Shown piece after piece: positions 12,476 through 25,603 of a DNA stretch of 64,000 bases. Origin of the DNA: Phyllobates terribilis. Lineage: Eukaryota. The notes beneath the pieces were generated by a model. That model saw nothing but the letters and a program-made list of their open reading frames with translations, was not told where the DNA came from and did not search any database. The first letter of the stretch is position 1. Each line of letters begins with the position of its first letter. Both the position numbers and the translations under genes were made by a program. Location: contig NW_027362764.1 of NCBI RefSeq assembly GCF_046119375.1, forward strand, positions 802,466,001-802,530,000. The letters run 5' to 3'.

Positions 12476-15015
12476 ATCGTCAGTCCGGGGATGGGGGGAA
12501 CCGTTCTGCTGCCATGCGCTGTGATCACAGGATTAGGAGGATTGTCAGTCTGGGGATGGGGGGAGCCGTACTGCTGCCCTGCGCTGTGATCACAGGATTA
12601 GGAGGATTGTTAGTCCGGGGATGGGGGGAACCGTTCTGCTGCCCTGCGCTGTGATCACAGGATTAGGAGGATTGTTAGTCCAGGGATGGGGGGAACCGTA
12701 CTGCTGCCCTGCGCTGTGATCACAGGATTAGGAGGATTGTTAGTCCAGGGATGGGGGGAACCGTACTGCTGCCCTGCGCTGTGATCACAGGATTAGGAGG
12801 ATTGTTAGTCCGGGGATGGGGGGAGCCGTACTGCTGCCCTGCGCTGTGATCACAGGATTAGGAGGATTGTTAGTCCGGGGACGGGGGGGAACCGTTCTGC
12901 TGCCCTGCGCTGTGATCACAGGATTAGGAGGACTGTCAGTCTGGGGATTGGGGGAACCATACTGCTGCCCTGCACTGTGATCACAGGATTAGGAGGACTG
13001 TCAGTCTGGGGATGGGGGGAGCTGTACTGCTGCCCTGCGCTGTGATCACAGGATTAGGAGGACTGTCAGTCTGGGGATTGGGGGAACCGTACTGCTGCCC
13101 CGCGCTGTGATCACAGGATTAGGAGGATTGTCAGTCTGGGGATGGGGGGAGCCGTACTGCTGCCCTGCGCTGTGATCACAGGATTAGGAGGATTGTTAGT
13201 CCAGGGATGGGGGGAACCGTACTGCTGCCCTGCGCTGTGATCACAGGATTAGGAGGATTGTTAGTCCAGGGATGGGGGGAACCGTACTGCTGCCCTGCGC
13301 TGTGATCACAGGATTAGGAGGATTGTTAGTCCGGGGATGGGGGGAGCCGTACTGCTGCCCTGCGCTGTGATCACAGGATTAGGAGGATTGTTAGTCCGGG
13401 GACGGGGGGGAACCGTTCTGCTGCCCTGCGCTGTGATCACAGGATTAGGAGGACTGTCAGTCTGGGGATTGGGGGAACCATACTGCTGCCCTGCACTGTG
13501 ATCACAGGATTAGGAGGACTGTCAGTCTGGGGATGGGGGGAGCTGTACTGCTGCCCTGCGCTGTGATCACAGGATTAGGAGGACTGTCAGTCTGGGGATT
13601 GGGGGAACCGTACTGCTGCCCCGCGCTGTGATCACAGGATTAGGAGGATTGTCAGTCTGGGGATGGGGGGAGCCGTACTGCTGCCCTGCGCTGTGATCAC
13701 AGGATTAGGAGGATTGGCAGTCTGGGGATGGGGGGAGCTGTGCTGCTGCCCTGTGCTGTGATCACAGGATTAGGAGGACTGTCAGTCTGGGAATGGGGGG
13801 AGCTGTGCTGCTGCCCTGCGCTGTGATCACAGGATTAGGAGGACTGGCAGTCTGGGGATGGGGGGAGCCGTGGTGCTGCCCTGTGCTGTGATCACAGGAT
13901 TAGGAGGACTGGCAGTCTGGGGATGGGGGGAGCCGTGGTGCTGCCCTGCGCTGTGATCACAGGAGTAGGAGGACTGGCAGTCTGGGGATGGGGGGAGCTG
14001 TGCTGCTGCCCTGCGCTGTGATCACAGGAGTAGGAGGACTGGCAGTCTGGGGATTGGGGGAGCTGTGCTGCTGCCCTGCGCTGTGATCACAGGAGTAGGA
14101 GGACTGTCAGTCTGGGGATTGGGGGAGCCGTGCTGCTGCCCTGCGCTGTGATCACAGGATTAGGAGGACTGTCAGTCTGGGGATGGGGAGAGCCGTGCTG
14201 CTGCCCTGCGCTGTGATCACAGGATTAGGAGGACTGGCAGTCTGGGGATTGGGGGAGCCGTACTGCTGCCCTGCGCTGTGATCACAGGAGTAGGAGGACT
14301 GGCAGTCTGGGGATGGGGGGAGCTGTGCTGCTGCCCTGTGCTGTGATCACAGGATTAGGAGGACTGTCAGTCTGGGAATGGGGGGAGCTGTGCTGCTGCC
14401 CTGCGCTGTGATCACAGGATTAGGAGGACTGGCAGTCTGGGGATGGGGGGAGCCGTGGTGCTGCCCTGCGCTGTGATCACAGGATTAGGAGGACTGGCAG
14501 TCTGGGGATGGGGGGAGCCGTGGTGCTGCCCTGCGCTGTGATCACAGGAGTAGGAGGACTGGCAGTCTGGGGATGGGGGGAGCCGTGCTGCTGCCCTGCG
14601 CTGTGATCACAGGAGTAGGAGGACTGTCAGTCTGGGGATTGGGGGAGCTGTGCTGCTGCCCTGCGCTGTGATCACAGGAGTAGGAGGACTGTCAGTCTGG
14701 GGATTAAAGGAGCTGTGCTGCTGCCCTGCGCTGTGATCACAGGATTAGGAGGACTGTCAGTCTGGGGATGGGGAGAGCCGTGCTGCTGCCCTGCGCTGTG
14801 ATCACAGGATTAGGAGGACTGGCAGTCTGGGGATTGGGGGAGCCGTACTGCTGCCCTGCGCTGTGATCACAGGAGTAGGAGGACTGGCAGTCTGGGGATT
14901 GGGGGAGCCGTGCTGCTGCCCTGCGCTGTGATCACAGGAGTAGGAGGACTGGCAGTCTGGGGATTGGGGGAGCCGTGCTGCTGCCCTGCGCTGTGATCAC
15001 AGGATTAGGAGGATT
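12476..15015. repeat. 65-bp minisatellite, about 39 units, in an EEF1D intron
   Basis: Unit CTGTGATCACAGGATTAGGAGGATTGTTAGTCCGGGGATGGGGGGAACCGTACTGCTGCCCTGCG, with a gradient of variants along the array. Confidence 0.97.
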
Positions 15016-15463
15016 TTAGCCAGTGGACTTAGTTTCCATTCACTGACAGTTAGCAGAGGGTTTTGAAAATAGAATTGAAACACAAAATAGATAAAGATGG
15101 CAGATGTTTACATATGGCTGACAAGCCTGTTTTATGAAGTATTTCAGGGCAACCACCTTGTTCATTCCTTGCCCTTGTTACCAGAGGTACAGTCCCTTTA
15201 AGAGCTTCCATATTCCCCTGGGACAGGAGAGGAGAAGGAAATGAACCAGGACAGGGGTGGGGGTTGTAGTTAATGACGTACCCTCCGGAGCTGCATGCAT
15301 CCCTGTACCAGTGTCACAAAGGATCCCTAGCGTCGGACCCTCCTCTACGGTCTCACATCGTGGATGAGACTGCTAGAGCCTCCTGCACACACGGCGTCGG
15401 CCCGGTGCCGTTGCTTCGCCCTCACGTTGCTCTCATACTTGTTGTGGTGTATCTTGCAGAGAC

Positions 15464-15589
15464 ATGGCGGCTTCATTCCTGAGCACAGACAAGATCTGGT
15501 TCGATAAGTACAAGTACGACGACGCCGAGAAGCAGTATTACGAGCAAATGACCCAGAAGTCTGCAGCCGACTGCCAGAACCAAACACAG
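15464..15589 (+). CDS. EEF1D: EEF1D core exon containing the short-isoform start ([29 protein letters not shown]...)
   Basis: Acceptor TTGCAG|AGACATG (exon starts 15460), donor CAG|GTGAGC, 42 codons. Confidence 0.95.
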
Positions 15590-16465
15590 GTGAGCACCGG
15601 GGCAGGGGCCCATATCACCACGTGCATGGAGGATACATGTTCTCCAACCATCATGTCACCCTTGTGTGAAAGTAATGGCACCCTCCCCCCCCCAGGTCGC
15701 TGGGAGCAGCAGTACGTGAGCTGCAGGTTTCAGGTCCCGCTGCAGCATCGGGTATAACCCCCATCCTCCACATGCTCCTGCCGACGTCTTGGCTCACTGT
15801 CCTATTGATGATTCGGCAGCAGTGGATCCATTATGGCAGCTGGATTCTGGTAGCAGAGGGGGCAGTTACTTTTTCACATGGGTGGTGTGGTTGTTGGATG
15901 CATGGGGGACGTCTTGTGGGGGCCTGAATGACTGACTAAAATTGCAAATGAAAGGGGACTCCAATCTTGCATTTCCTTAATCTGGTCCGGCCTGGACTTG
16001 TGAGTGGAGGGCGCTCGCCCCGATGATTTCCTTGTCTTCCTCGCTTTTCAAGATCTCTGCTTGCTGCCAGAAACATTCCTAAGGCGGAAAATCCTTCCTG
16101 TCCTAAATGTGGCCAGAAAACCAATCCGATTATTAGACAGCAAGCAGAGATGTAGAAAATAGTGTCTGGCTGATCCCCGTGTACTGTGCATGGTGCGGGG
16201 ACCCCCATACGCCGGACCCCACAGATGGCTGTATGTACGGAGTGCCCTGTGGCCGCTTCTCCCCCTTCCGGCTGCTTCTCTTCCCCTTTGGCCGCTTGTC
16301 TCCTGCTCTGTGGTGGTGGTGGTCGCCCCGGATCTGTACCCTCGCCCCGGTCCGGACGCTGCCTGCTGTTTCTTCCCTCCCGTCGGCTCGATCTTCCCCT
16401 CAGTGATTGCTGCCGTCGCTGGTATCATGTAAATGTGTGTGTGGTTCTTTGTGCACGGCCTACAG

Positions 16466-16537
16466 GATGACGGAGCGAGCACAATCCTCAGGGACATTGC
16501 CAGAGCCAGGGAGAATATCCAGAAATCGCTGGCCGGA
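16466..16537 (+). CDS. EEF1D: EEF1D 72-nt exon (DDGASTILRDIARARENIQKSLAG)
   Basis: Near identity to the mammalian exon; TACAG acceptor, GTGAGT donor, symmetric phase 0. Confidence 0.95.
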
Positions 16538-18904
16538 GTGAGTACCCGCAGGCGGTGCTGCCGTCCCATACCCCAGAGGCGGCTGCCGTCCTCTACCCTC
16601 CTCCTGTGTGTGCTAATAACCCTTGTGTGCCGAGATCTGCCGTCCGCCATCACTAACACCGATGTGTCTCATCCATCTCCAGTGTCCTGCCAGTGTTTAT
16701 GGGAGAACTCTGAGCAAAACTCAAAGCGATGCCCCCCCCCCCCCGACCTGCCATCTGCTGCAGGGGTCCAGAGATGGTGGCCATTCCTCATCCATTAGAG
16801 GAGCAGGCCATGCTGCATGTTCACACGGATGAGATTTTATCCCGGCCCGTCCACACTCTGCCGGAAAAACCCTCCGCAGAAATTCTCCATCAGATTCTGA
16901 CCACGAGGCTGTGGACCAGGGTGAAACCTGGGCACTTCCACACACGGCGTGGTGAAACTTTTGCTGATGTGGATTTTCTGCTGTGGGAAGTCCCCTATGA
17001 ATGCACCTGTAGGGTTATGTTCACACAGCGGTTTTTATGTAGATTTTTGAAGAGTATCTGCTGCAAAATCCACATCAGAAATCGCTTTGCCTTCTTGCTG
17101 AATAAGCCTCATATTAATGGAGGTGAATGCTCCTTGCTCCATTCAGCGAGTTTGGATTTTGAAAACCTTTTCAGGGGTGGGGAAAAAAAAAGTGACATCG
17201 CATTGATGCAGATTTCTCGTGGAAAGTTGTCCTTGAGGAAGAATTGACAGTGCGAGAATGAGATTTTATAACATGCCGGTACTGGATGACACCACAGGAA
17301 ATCCTTCTGCGTATCTGCCCTGTGTGAACATACCCACAGGGGGCGCAGTGCCACCCACCCCCGATGCTGCAGCCGGACCTTCTGTCGCTTCCAGGCAATT
17401 TTCTAACTTTTTTTTTTTTCTGTTTTTGAGTTTTGTTCTGATTTTTTTCCTATTCTGTGTAAGTTCAGTAATGCTGCGCCCCCTACAGATCTGCCTGACT
17501 GCTCCCCTGATGATGATGGAGCCGGGGGTGCACAGTAACAGGATAAATGCACCGCACAGCAGAGCCTGCTTCTGGATAGCAGCACAGACCGGTCGCGGTC
17601 CAGACGGCTTGTATCTGTACACGGCTTGTATCTGTACACGGCCTGTATACGGCCGCTGTGTAGGAGCAGAGTCGCCCCCTGCAGGCCGTATACACTCTTA
17701 CTGTGCACACTCATGGATCCGCACCTCTGTAGAATTATATGTGCATTTTACTGCCAAACTTCCATATTCCTCCATATCACACGCATCATTATTTTGCAGC
17801 TCTGATTTTTCAGTTGCATGATATTTTATACTCTGCTCACATCCCAAGCTGCAGTCAGTTATTACATTGCATATAGAATAAATGTTTACACCCCAGTATT
17901 GGTGCAGCTCTGGATGTGACCGGAGTATAGGATCTGATCCATAGTAAAGCAGCAGATCTCGGCGTCATTATTGTAGATATAACCTGTCGCGAGGCCACAT
18001 TATATACAGGGGGTGTGGGGGTCCGCTTGACTGTTTGCTAACTTTTGGGACCGGCGTGTAGGGAATGATGGCTGACCTTTTTAGTGTCCAGTGCTGCCAG
18101 TCCCACTTCCTGTGCACGACCTCCATTAATCCTCCCGGCCCTTCCTCTGCATGGCTGCTCCTGTCTCTCCTTCCCCCTCTTGCCTGCGTCCCCGGTGTCC
18201 CGTGTCCAGTCATTAAACGAATCCACATTTCTCCCCCTTTCTAGCTGAGGACAGTCCTGCATAGTCCTAAGGAAGGCCAGGCTCCCCCTCCCCTGAGCCA
18301 AACAGGGTCCCATACTGTAAGTCTAATCCCCCCCCCCCCCCCCTTGTGGGGTTTAGGGTTAGGTACTGCAGACATTACACCTGTCCTTTATGTGGGCAGC
18401 AGCTGCATCAAGTCTGCTCGAGTCACAGCCAGAACTGCACTCGCACCTCTGCCGAGTCACAGCCAGAACTGCACTCGCACCACTGCCGAGGACTGCAGAG
18501 AAGAGGCGAGCCTGTCCAGGCTGTGAATGCGATTGTATTACATAGAGCGGAGTTACTTTCTTTTTGTGCTATAGCAGAATACAAGGCTGATATAAGGGGG
18601 TCTCCCGCCCCATATCGAGGTTCACCTGCAGTCTTACGGCCCCCCCAGTCTGCATGTCCGCCTCTTGGCTGCTGGGACTCTGCTCTTTCTTGGAGTCGGG
18701 CTCTCGCCTCTGGCTGCACTAAAGTGTTCTCCATCTGCTCACCCCTTGCTCATCTTATGGGGCCGCAGCCTGGTGTATTATACCCTTCCCCCCACTGCTG
18801 ATCATCACATCTCAGCCCATATCCATTTACCATATGTCGGGGTCTATTACGTTTTGTCCATTGTTTTTGCAGGTTTTAATCTTTCCTCTTGGTTACTTTT
18901 GCAG

Positions 18905-18992
18905 AGTGCGGCCGCCCAGAACAGCGGAGAGAGCAGCGAGGTCCTGTCACGGGTCGCCAGCCTAGAACATGAGAACCAGAACCTGCACAAAG
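18905..18992 (+). CDS. EEF1D: EEF1D exon, first part of the leucine zipper (SAAAQNSGESSEVLSRVASLEHENQNLHK)
   Basis: TTTTGCAG acceptor, AG|GTGTGT donor, phase 1. Confidence 0.93.
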
Positions 18993-19101
18993 GTGTGTGA
19001 CCGGGAACTGGGGGCGTTGGGCTCTGTGCGGAGGTCACAGCCGGAGACCACCTTTGTCCTGTTTCTCGTGTATTGATGCACCCTCGTTTCCTTTGTTTTA
19101 G

Positions 19102-19211
19102 TGGTAAGGGACCTCCAGTCGGCCATCTCCAAACTGGAAAACCGGATCAGTGCACTGGAGAAGTCTGCTCCCTCCAAAGCAGCGGCCCCCCTACCTCCGT
19201 CTGTGTGCAAG
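19102..19211 (+). CDS. EEF1D: EEF1D exon, second part of the leucine zipper (VVRDLQSAISKLENRISALEKS...)
   Basis: TTTTAG acceptor, AAG|GTATAT donor, phases consistent with neighbours. Confidence 0.93.
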
Positions 19212-19241
19212 GTATATGGGGCTTATAGGGGAGATTCATCA

Positions 19242-20800
19242 CAGTAGTGTTCAACAATACTAGCAGTCCACTATGACTGACCAGATTAATCCCTGTTTTT
19301 GGTATAAATTCTATCACCACATGTCAAACAATTTAACAGTTGGTGCAGTAGATTATAAGAAGACCCCCAGACTCCGCATTCATGATCTACAGGTTTCTGA
19401 GTCTGTGTATGTGAATAAATAATTGCACAGGGGGGTGTTCACAATAATAGCAGTGTGGAGATCAATCAGTGAGGTCAATCATTCTGTGAAGAAACGGGTG
19501 TGAATCAGGTGGCCCTTATTTAAGGGTGAAGCAGCACATGTTGTACATGCATTTCTCCTTGAAAGCCTGAGAAATATGGGTCGTTCCAGACATTATTCAG
19601 AAGAACAGCGTACTTTGATTAAACAGTTGATTGGAGAGGGTTAAACTTATAAAGAAGTGCAGAGAATGATCGGCTGATCAGCTAAAATGATCTCCAATGC
19701 TTCAAAATGGAAGAGAGATGTGGAAGAAAACGGGAGACTACCATTCAAATGGATGGAAGAATAGCCAGAATGGCAAAGGCTCAGCCAAGGATCAGCTCCA
19801 GGATGATCACAGACAGTCTCCAGTTACCTGTGAGGACTGTGACAGTTAGAAGACGCCTGTGTGAAGCTAATCTCTTAGCAAGTAGTCCCCGCAAAGTCCC
19901 ACTGTGAAAAAAAAAACAAACCAAAAAAAAAAACCATGTACCGAAGCGAATACAAATTGCCAAAGAACACATCAACTGGCCTAAAGAGAAATGGAGAAAC
20001 ATTTTGTGGACTGATGAAAGTAAAATTGTTCTTTTGGGGTCCAAGGGCCGCAGACAATTCGTCAGACGACCCCCAAACTCTGCATTCAAGCCACAGTACA
20101 CTCTGAAGACAGTGAAGCATGGTGGAAGCATCATGATATGGACATGTTTCTGTTACTATGGTGCTGGACCTATTTACCGCATACCAGGGATCATGGACCA
20201 GTTTGCATATATTAAAATACTTGAAGAGGTCATGTTGCCTTACGCTGCAGAGGATATGCCCTTGAAATGGGTGTTTCAGCAGGACAACGACCCTAAACAC
20301 ACCAGTAAACAAGCAACATCTTGGTTCCACTCCAACAAGATTGAGGTTATGGAGTGGCCGCCCAATCCCCTGAGCTTAAAACTTGTGGGGGGGACATCAA
20401 AAATGCCTTTTCTGAGGCAATGGCAAAAAATTGTGGGATGTAGTGAAGCCTCCTGGGCTGTAATAACAGCTGACAGGGGCCAGAAGTTGGTTGACTCGAT
20501 GCAACATAGATGTGAAGCGGTTCTAAAAAAAACTGTGGTTATAAAACTAAATATTAGGTTATTGATTCAGAGGAATGCTAAATCCTCAAAAAAGGCAAAT
20601 GCAGACACTGCTATTTTCTAGGACAGCCCAATGTTCATTTTTTATTTTCCGTAAAGTAGTTAAAATTATCTACATTTCTTCATGTTTTGAATTAGAAAAC
20701 AGCGAGCGACGTCCCCAATGCTGGAAATAAAAATCTAATAGAAAGATTTTGTGCTTAACTTATGTTTTTGAACACACTGCTATTATTTTGAACACTACTG
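19242..20800 (+). mobile_element. Tc1-family DNA transposon, full length (1559 bp), degenerate transposase
   Basis: TIRs CAGTAGTGTTCAA...TAGCAGT / ACTGCTATTATTTTGAACACTACTG followed by TA. Inner direct repeat at about 19435. Transposase from ATG 19576 with stops; WTDESK, FQQDNDPKH motifs; last catalytic motif destroyed. Confidence 0.92.
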
Positions 20801-21516
20801 TACCTGCAGACGTATCCTGAGCACACAGCCGCCCCCATGGCCGGTCTCACATTAACCCCTCCCTGGCATAGGAATAGTCCTATCAGAGGCAGGCGGCTGT
20901 AATACGCCAGCGAGCGGTGCTAGCTCTGATCGCTGCTGCCATCTGCGACGGGTTTAACCCCTTAGCGCTGTGTGACGGATATATACGTTGTGGGGCTGAG
21001 CTGTGCCCGCTCCACACAGGGCAGATGCCAACTAGATTACACAGCCGACACCTTATTCATCCAAGACGGATGTTTTATTCTCAAAAGTCTCTATTCCCAG
21101 GTAAATCTGAATCCAGTGAGGGACACGATCTTACATCACTGAGAGGAGGCGACACTTGGTGCTTATAAGTTTCTATGGGGAGGGGGGGGGTGAAGAGCTC
21201 AAAAATACAACTCTTACCTCAAAAATAAAGCCCTGATACAACGATGTCCACAGAAGAAATGGGTAAAGGGGTATTTCCATCTCAGAGATCCTATCCCAAT
21301 ATGTAGTAGGTGTAATATTAGCAAACACCTTCACTTAGAAATGTTGTATAGTTCCCCTGATTAGCTATGTTGCTTACCTAATGTGCTGGTATTGTTGTAA
21401 CTTAGGTATCCATGGTTACGACAAAGAACTTCACTATACGAGTGTTACTAATCATGGATATAGTGACAGTCAATCAGAAGAACTATACTACATTTGTAAT
21501 TGGCGGTATTTGCTAA

Positions 21517-21558
<42 letters not shown>

Positions 21559-21728
21559 ACCTACAACATATTGGGATGGGAATACCCCTTTTAAAGGCTA
21601 AATAAAAACACAAAATGAAAGTTGGGTTAAAGGGGACCTCTGCTCTGATTCCGACTGAGTAAAATCTGCAGCGACTTCTACACAGGATCCCGGTGCGCAT
21701 ATATAAGTATTATATATATTTTCCATAG

Positions 21729-21950
21729 CTTCCTGCCCTGAGACCGGCACCTGCTCGCCCGCCTGCTGCAGCCCCACAACCCAAGGCAGAAGAGGACGAT
21801 GATGACGATATCGACCTGTTTGGTAGCGACGAAGAGGAAGATGCAGAAGCCGCCAGGATCAGAGAGGAGAGGTTGCAGCAGTATGCAGAAAAGAAATCCA
21901 AAAAGCCCGGACTCATCGCCAAGTCCTCCATCTTGTTGGATGTGAAGCCG
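21729..21950 (+). CDS. EEF1D: EEF1D exon with the acidic [11 protein letters not shown] motif and start of the GEF domain
   Basis: CATAG acceptor, CCG|GTGAGT donor, 74 codons ending [11 protein letters not shown]. Confidence 0.96.
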
Positions 21951-22161
21951 GTGAGTGGTGGACGGCGGCGGCAGCAAAAGCTTCCAGTGCTGCAGAATCT
22001 GTAGTGTGAAGGGGAAAATTTGTATGAAAACTTCTGGCAAGATCGCAACGTGCGACACGTAACAGGCACATTGTGATCCTGCTGTGAAGCTTCATCCTTC
22101 CTAAGGCCGCATGGTGCTCCTGTCCCACCACAAACTATAACCCCTGTTATGTTCTCCACAG

Positions 22162-22356
22162 TGGGATGATGAGACTGACATGGCGAAGCTGGAGGAATGT
22201 GTGCGCACCGTGCAGATGGACGGCCTGCTCTGGGGGTCCTCCAAGCTGGTGCCCGTGGGCTACGGCATCAAGAAGCTCCAGATCCAGTGTGTGGTGGAGG
22301 ACGACAAGGTCGGCACGGACATGCTGGAGGAGGAGATCACAAAGTTCGAGGACTAT
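22162..22356 (+). CDS. EEF1D: EEF1D GEF-domain exon ([21 protein letters not shown]...KFEDY)
   Basis: CCACAG acceptor, TAT|GTAAGT donor, 65 codons. Confidence 0.97.
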
Positions 22357-22839
22357 GTAAGTGCTGCAGGGCTGTGGTGCACATACTGCAGTCTCTGCGA
22401 GACCCTCCCAGCCTACAGGCCCGTCACATATATAAAGCGCTGACCACTGGGACCCCACTAATCCTGAGAACGTGGCTCTGTAATGCCCTGTTTGAACAGA
22501 GCAGGACCACACCTGTCATTCTCCATGGAGCGGTGGGAGACTGCTGCGTTCCCATACAGAATGAATGGAGGATTGTAAGACCCTCTGTTGTCGGGATTGG
22601 TGGGGGTTACCAGCGTGCCGACCATCCTTCTACGTTTATCACCAAACCTTCCGAGAGGTGATAAGTTTTAATAATGAGAATAACTCTTTCACTGCTGATG
22701 AGATTGACCTAACCAAACAAGGCAAAGACCCGGCACCTTTATACACCGAAGCAGCCTACAATCGAGATACATGCAAGGATCAGCTGAGACACTTGGCCCT
22801 TTTGGTACCTGGTGCTTCTCATAGGAAAGTCAGGCAGAG

Positions 22840-23143
22840 AATAAAGTCCATATAAGAAAAAAATAGCACTCACCGGTCCTAAAATGTAAACTTTATTCCA
22901 TCATAGTTAAAAACTGGAAACAGCGGAGTATGTGAAGCACATGTCAGGACGGCGGCTGTATCGTGCAAATTGCTGTCCTGCGGATCCGTTTTCTGGACCT
23001 GTAGAAGGGCATTTTGCACGATATGGCCTTCGTCCTGACGTGATTCACATACCTAAAAACTGGAAACAGCAGAGTATGATGGACTAAAGCTTACTCTTTA
23101 GGACGGGTAAGCGCTCTCTCTTTTTTCCTATATGGACTTTATT
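22840..23143. repeat. Imperfect 300-bp palindrome, probably a Penelope-like terminal-repeat remnant
   Basis: Outer inverted arms AATAAAGTCCATATA(A/G)GAAAAAA; inner inverted arms 22929-22973 / 23009-23051. Confidence 0.6.
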
Positions 23144-23334
23144 AATGAGATTAAGCCCCCCTATGACCTGACCAGCTTTGTTCCTCTAATTATCGCCATG
23201 TAGTATTACACGCAGCTTGTGCCGGAGTTCAGGGAACGTTGACTGGAGTATGACAGCTGTCAGGATTATTAGTCGATGTGAACACAATGGTATCTGCTTC
23301 CTTCTGCCAATCTATTGGCCTCTTCTGTCCTCAG

Positions 23335-23373
23335 GTGCAGAGCGTGGACATTGCCGCCTTTAACAAGATTTAA
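23335..23373 (+). CDS. EEF1D: EEF1D last coding exon (VQSVDIAAFNKI*)
   Basis: CTCAG acceptor and the invariant C-terminus. Short isoform totals 283 aa. Confidence 0.97.
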   Translation: MQSVDIAAFNKI

Positions 23374-23396
23374 GCCGGAGCGTGCCGACTGGTGTC

Positions 23397-23402
23397 AATA
23401 AA
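23397..23402 (+). terminator. EEF1D polyadenylation signal AATAAA
   Basis: Lies 23 nt after the stop codon, giving a very short 3' UTR. Confidence 0.75.
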
Positions 23403-23819
23403 GAGCAGCTTGTGTCCTCTGCCCCGCGTCCGCCTCTTCTGTCTTGTAGGGAAATCGCAGCTTCAGGTTTTGTAACAGGATCACGTGGTCGTGTAATCCG
23501 CCTCCTTCGGACACAGGAATCTGCATCCCCTACCCCTCTGATTACATCTTGTAGTCACCCATCAGCACCACTATGACCTGGTGTCATCTACCTCCACACG
23601 TGGCCGTGTACGGGCTGGGTACACTGGCAGCAATAGGGACAAGATTTTACCAAATTTTATCCAGATGCCTATGAGAAAATTTTTAGCATAATTTTCCTGC
23701 TGCTGTGGATTTTAAAGTTGTGACACCTTGTGGGTTAAGTATAAAAATCAGTGGGAGTTCTGTAGATGGTCATTCACGAAGATGTAGATTATTATGCACC
23801 TTTGGCATCGGTAACAATC

Positions 23820-25603
23820 CCAAAATGAAGGAAGACTTGGAAGCCTTTAAAGAGACCAGGATGGATGAACACAGCACTTAAACACTTGCTAAAACGGAAA
23901 AAAGAAATGTATATTAAATGGAAAGAGTCAGGCATGTCTAAAGAAGGATATAATGCTGTCTAAAGAAGGATATAATGCTGTCTGCAGGGAGTGAACGGCA
24001 AGCGTTAGAAGAGCTAAAGCCAGTAACGAAGTAAGGCTTGCAAGGGACACCAAAAGCAATAAAAAGGGATTTTGTGAGTAGGTCAAAAGCAAAAGAAAAG
24101 TCAAAGATGCTATAGGATTTTTACAGGATGAAAAGGATGAAGTGGTAAAAAATGATGCTGAGAAGGCTGAACTTTTACATTCCTATTTTGCATGTGTTCC
24201 TAAGAAAGCAAATGTACCAGCTACTGATTTTTACCGTGCAATCGAAGAAATAGTGTGGATTCTTTTACCTATAAACAGAGATATAGTGAGAGAACACTTG
24301 GCTAATTTACATGAATTAAATCTCCTGGTCCAGATAAATTTGAGCCTAGGGTACTGAAAGAGATGGCGGAGGAAACTGCAGAACCACTAGCCAGAATCTT
24401 CTGAAAATTCCTTGAGAACATGAGAAGTTACAGCAGATGCGGAGAAGGGCAAATGATGTCCCTACCTTCAAAAAAAGTAAGAAGATGGAGCCAGTGAATG
24501 ACGAGCCAGTGCGCCTTACTTCTAGCTACCTGGAAAGATCTTTGAACAAATTATTAAACAGCATGTATGTAGGTAATTGGATAAGAATACAGTAAGTAAC
24601 CAGAGCCAGAATGGGCTTGTAGCAAACAATTCATGCCACATTAACCTAATTTCCTTCTATGATGGAATCACTGACTGGGTGGATCAGGGAAATGTGGTAG
24701 ATATATCCACCCTAAGGTGGATTCATAACTAGTTCAGTGATCGTACTCAGCGTGGTAATAAATGCACATCCAATTGGAAAAGTGTTTCAGGTAGGGTAAT
24801 GCAAGGCTCTGTTGTGGGACTAGTGTTGGTCAACATTTTTATAAATGATCTAGATAAGGAAACGGACGGTAAACTAATCACATTTGCAGATGATGCAAAG
24901 CTAGGAGGGATAGCTAACACTAGAGAAGATGGAAAGGATTCAGAAGGATCTAGATAAGTATGAAGAACAGTAATTATCCCCCTCTACTCCTCCTTGGTCA
25001 GACCTCATCTGGATACTGTATCCAGTTCTGGGAGGTATTAGGAGAAGCATAGAGTCTAGATCACGTGAAGTCATTATCGGTCTTTACTCCTCTTTGGTCA
25101 GACCTCATCTGGATACTGTGTACAGTTTTGGGCACCACATTTTAAAAAAGACATCGACAAACTGGAGCAAGTTCAGAGAAGAGCGACCAGAATGGTGACT
25201 GGTCTGCAAACCATGTCCTATGAGGAACGGTTGCAGGATTTGGGAATGTTTAGCTGCAAAAAAGAAGACTGAGAGGAGACTTAATAGCTGTCTACAAATA
25301 TCTCAAGGGCTGTCACATTGTAGAAGGATCATCTTCATTCTCATTTGCACAAGGAAAGACTAGAAGCAATGGGATGAAACTGAATGGGAGGAGACACAGA
25401 TTAGATATTAGAAGACACTGTATGACAGTTATGTGATCAATGAGTGGAACAGGCTGCCACGAGAGATGGTGAGTTCCCCTTCAATGGACGTCTTCACACA
25501 GAGGCTGGACAGATATCTGTCTGAGATGATTTAGTGAATCCTGCATTGAGCCGGGGGTTGGGCACTAGGACCCTGGAGGTCCCCTCCAACGAGAACATTC
25601 TAT
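23820..25603 (+). mobile_element. CR1-type LINE, 5'-truncated and degenerate ORF2
   Basis: NDAEKAELLHSYF, QGSVVGLVLVNIFINDLD, FADDAKLGG and [13 protein letters not shown] remnants; CR1-like 3' UTR ending ATTCTAT. Confidence 0.88.

Noticed and set aside
15696-15716. Possible micro-exon (CCCAG|GTCGCT...GTAC|GTGAG) in EEF1D
   Set aside because: 20 nt would shift the frame, and the flanking exons already join in phase.
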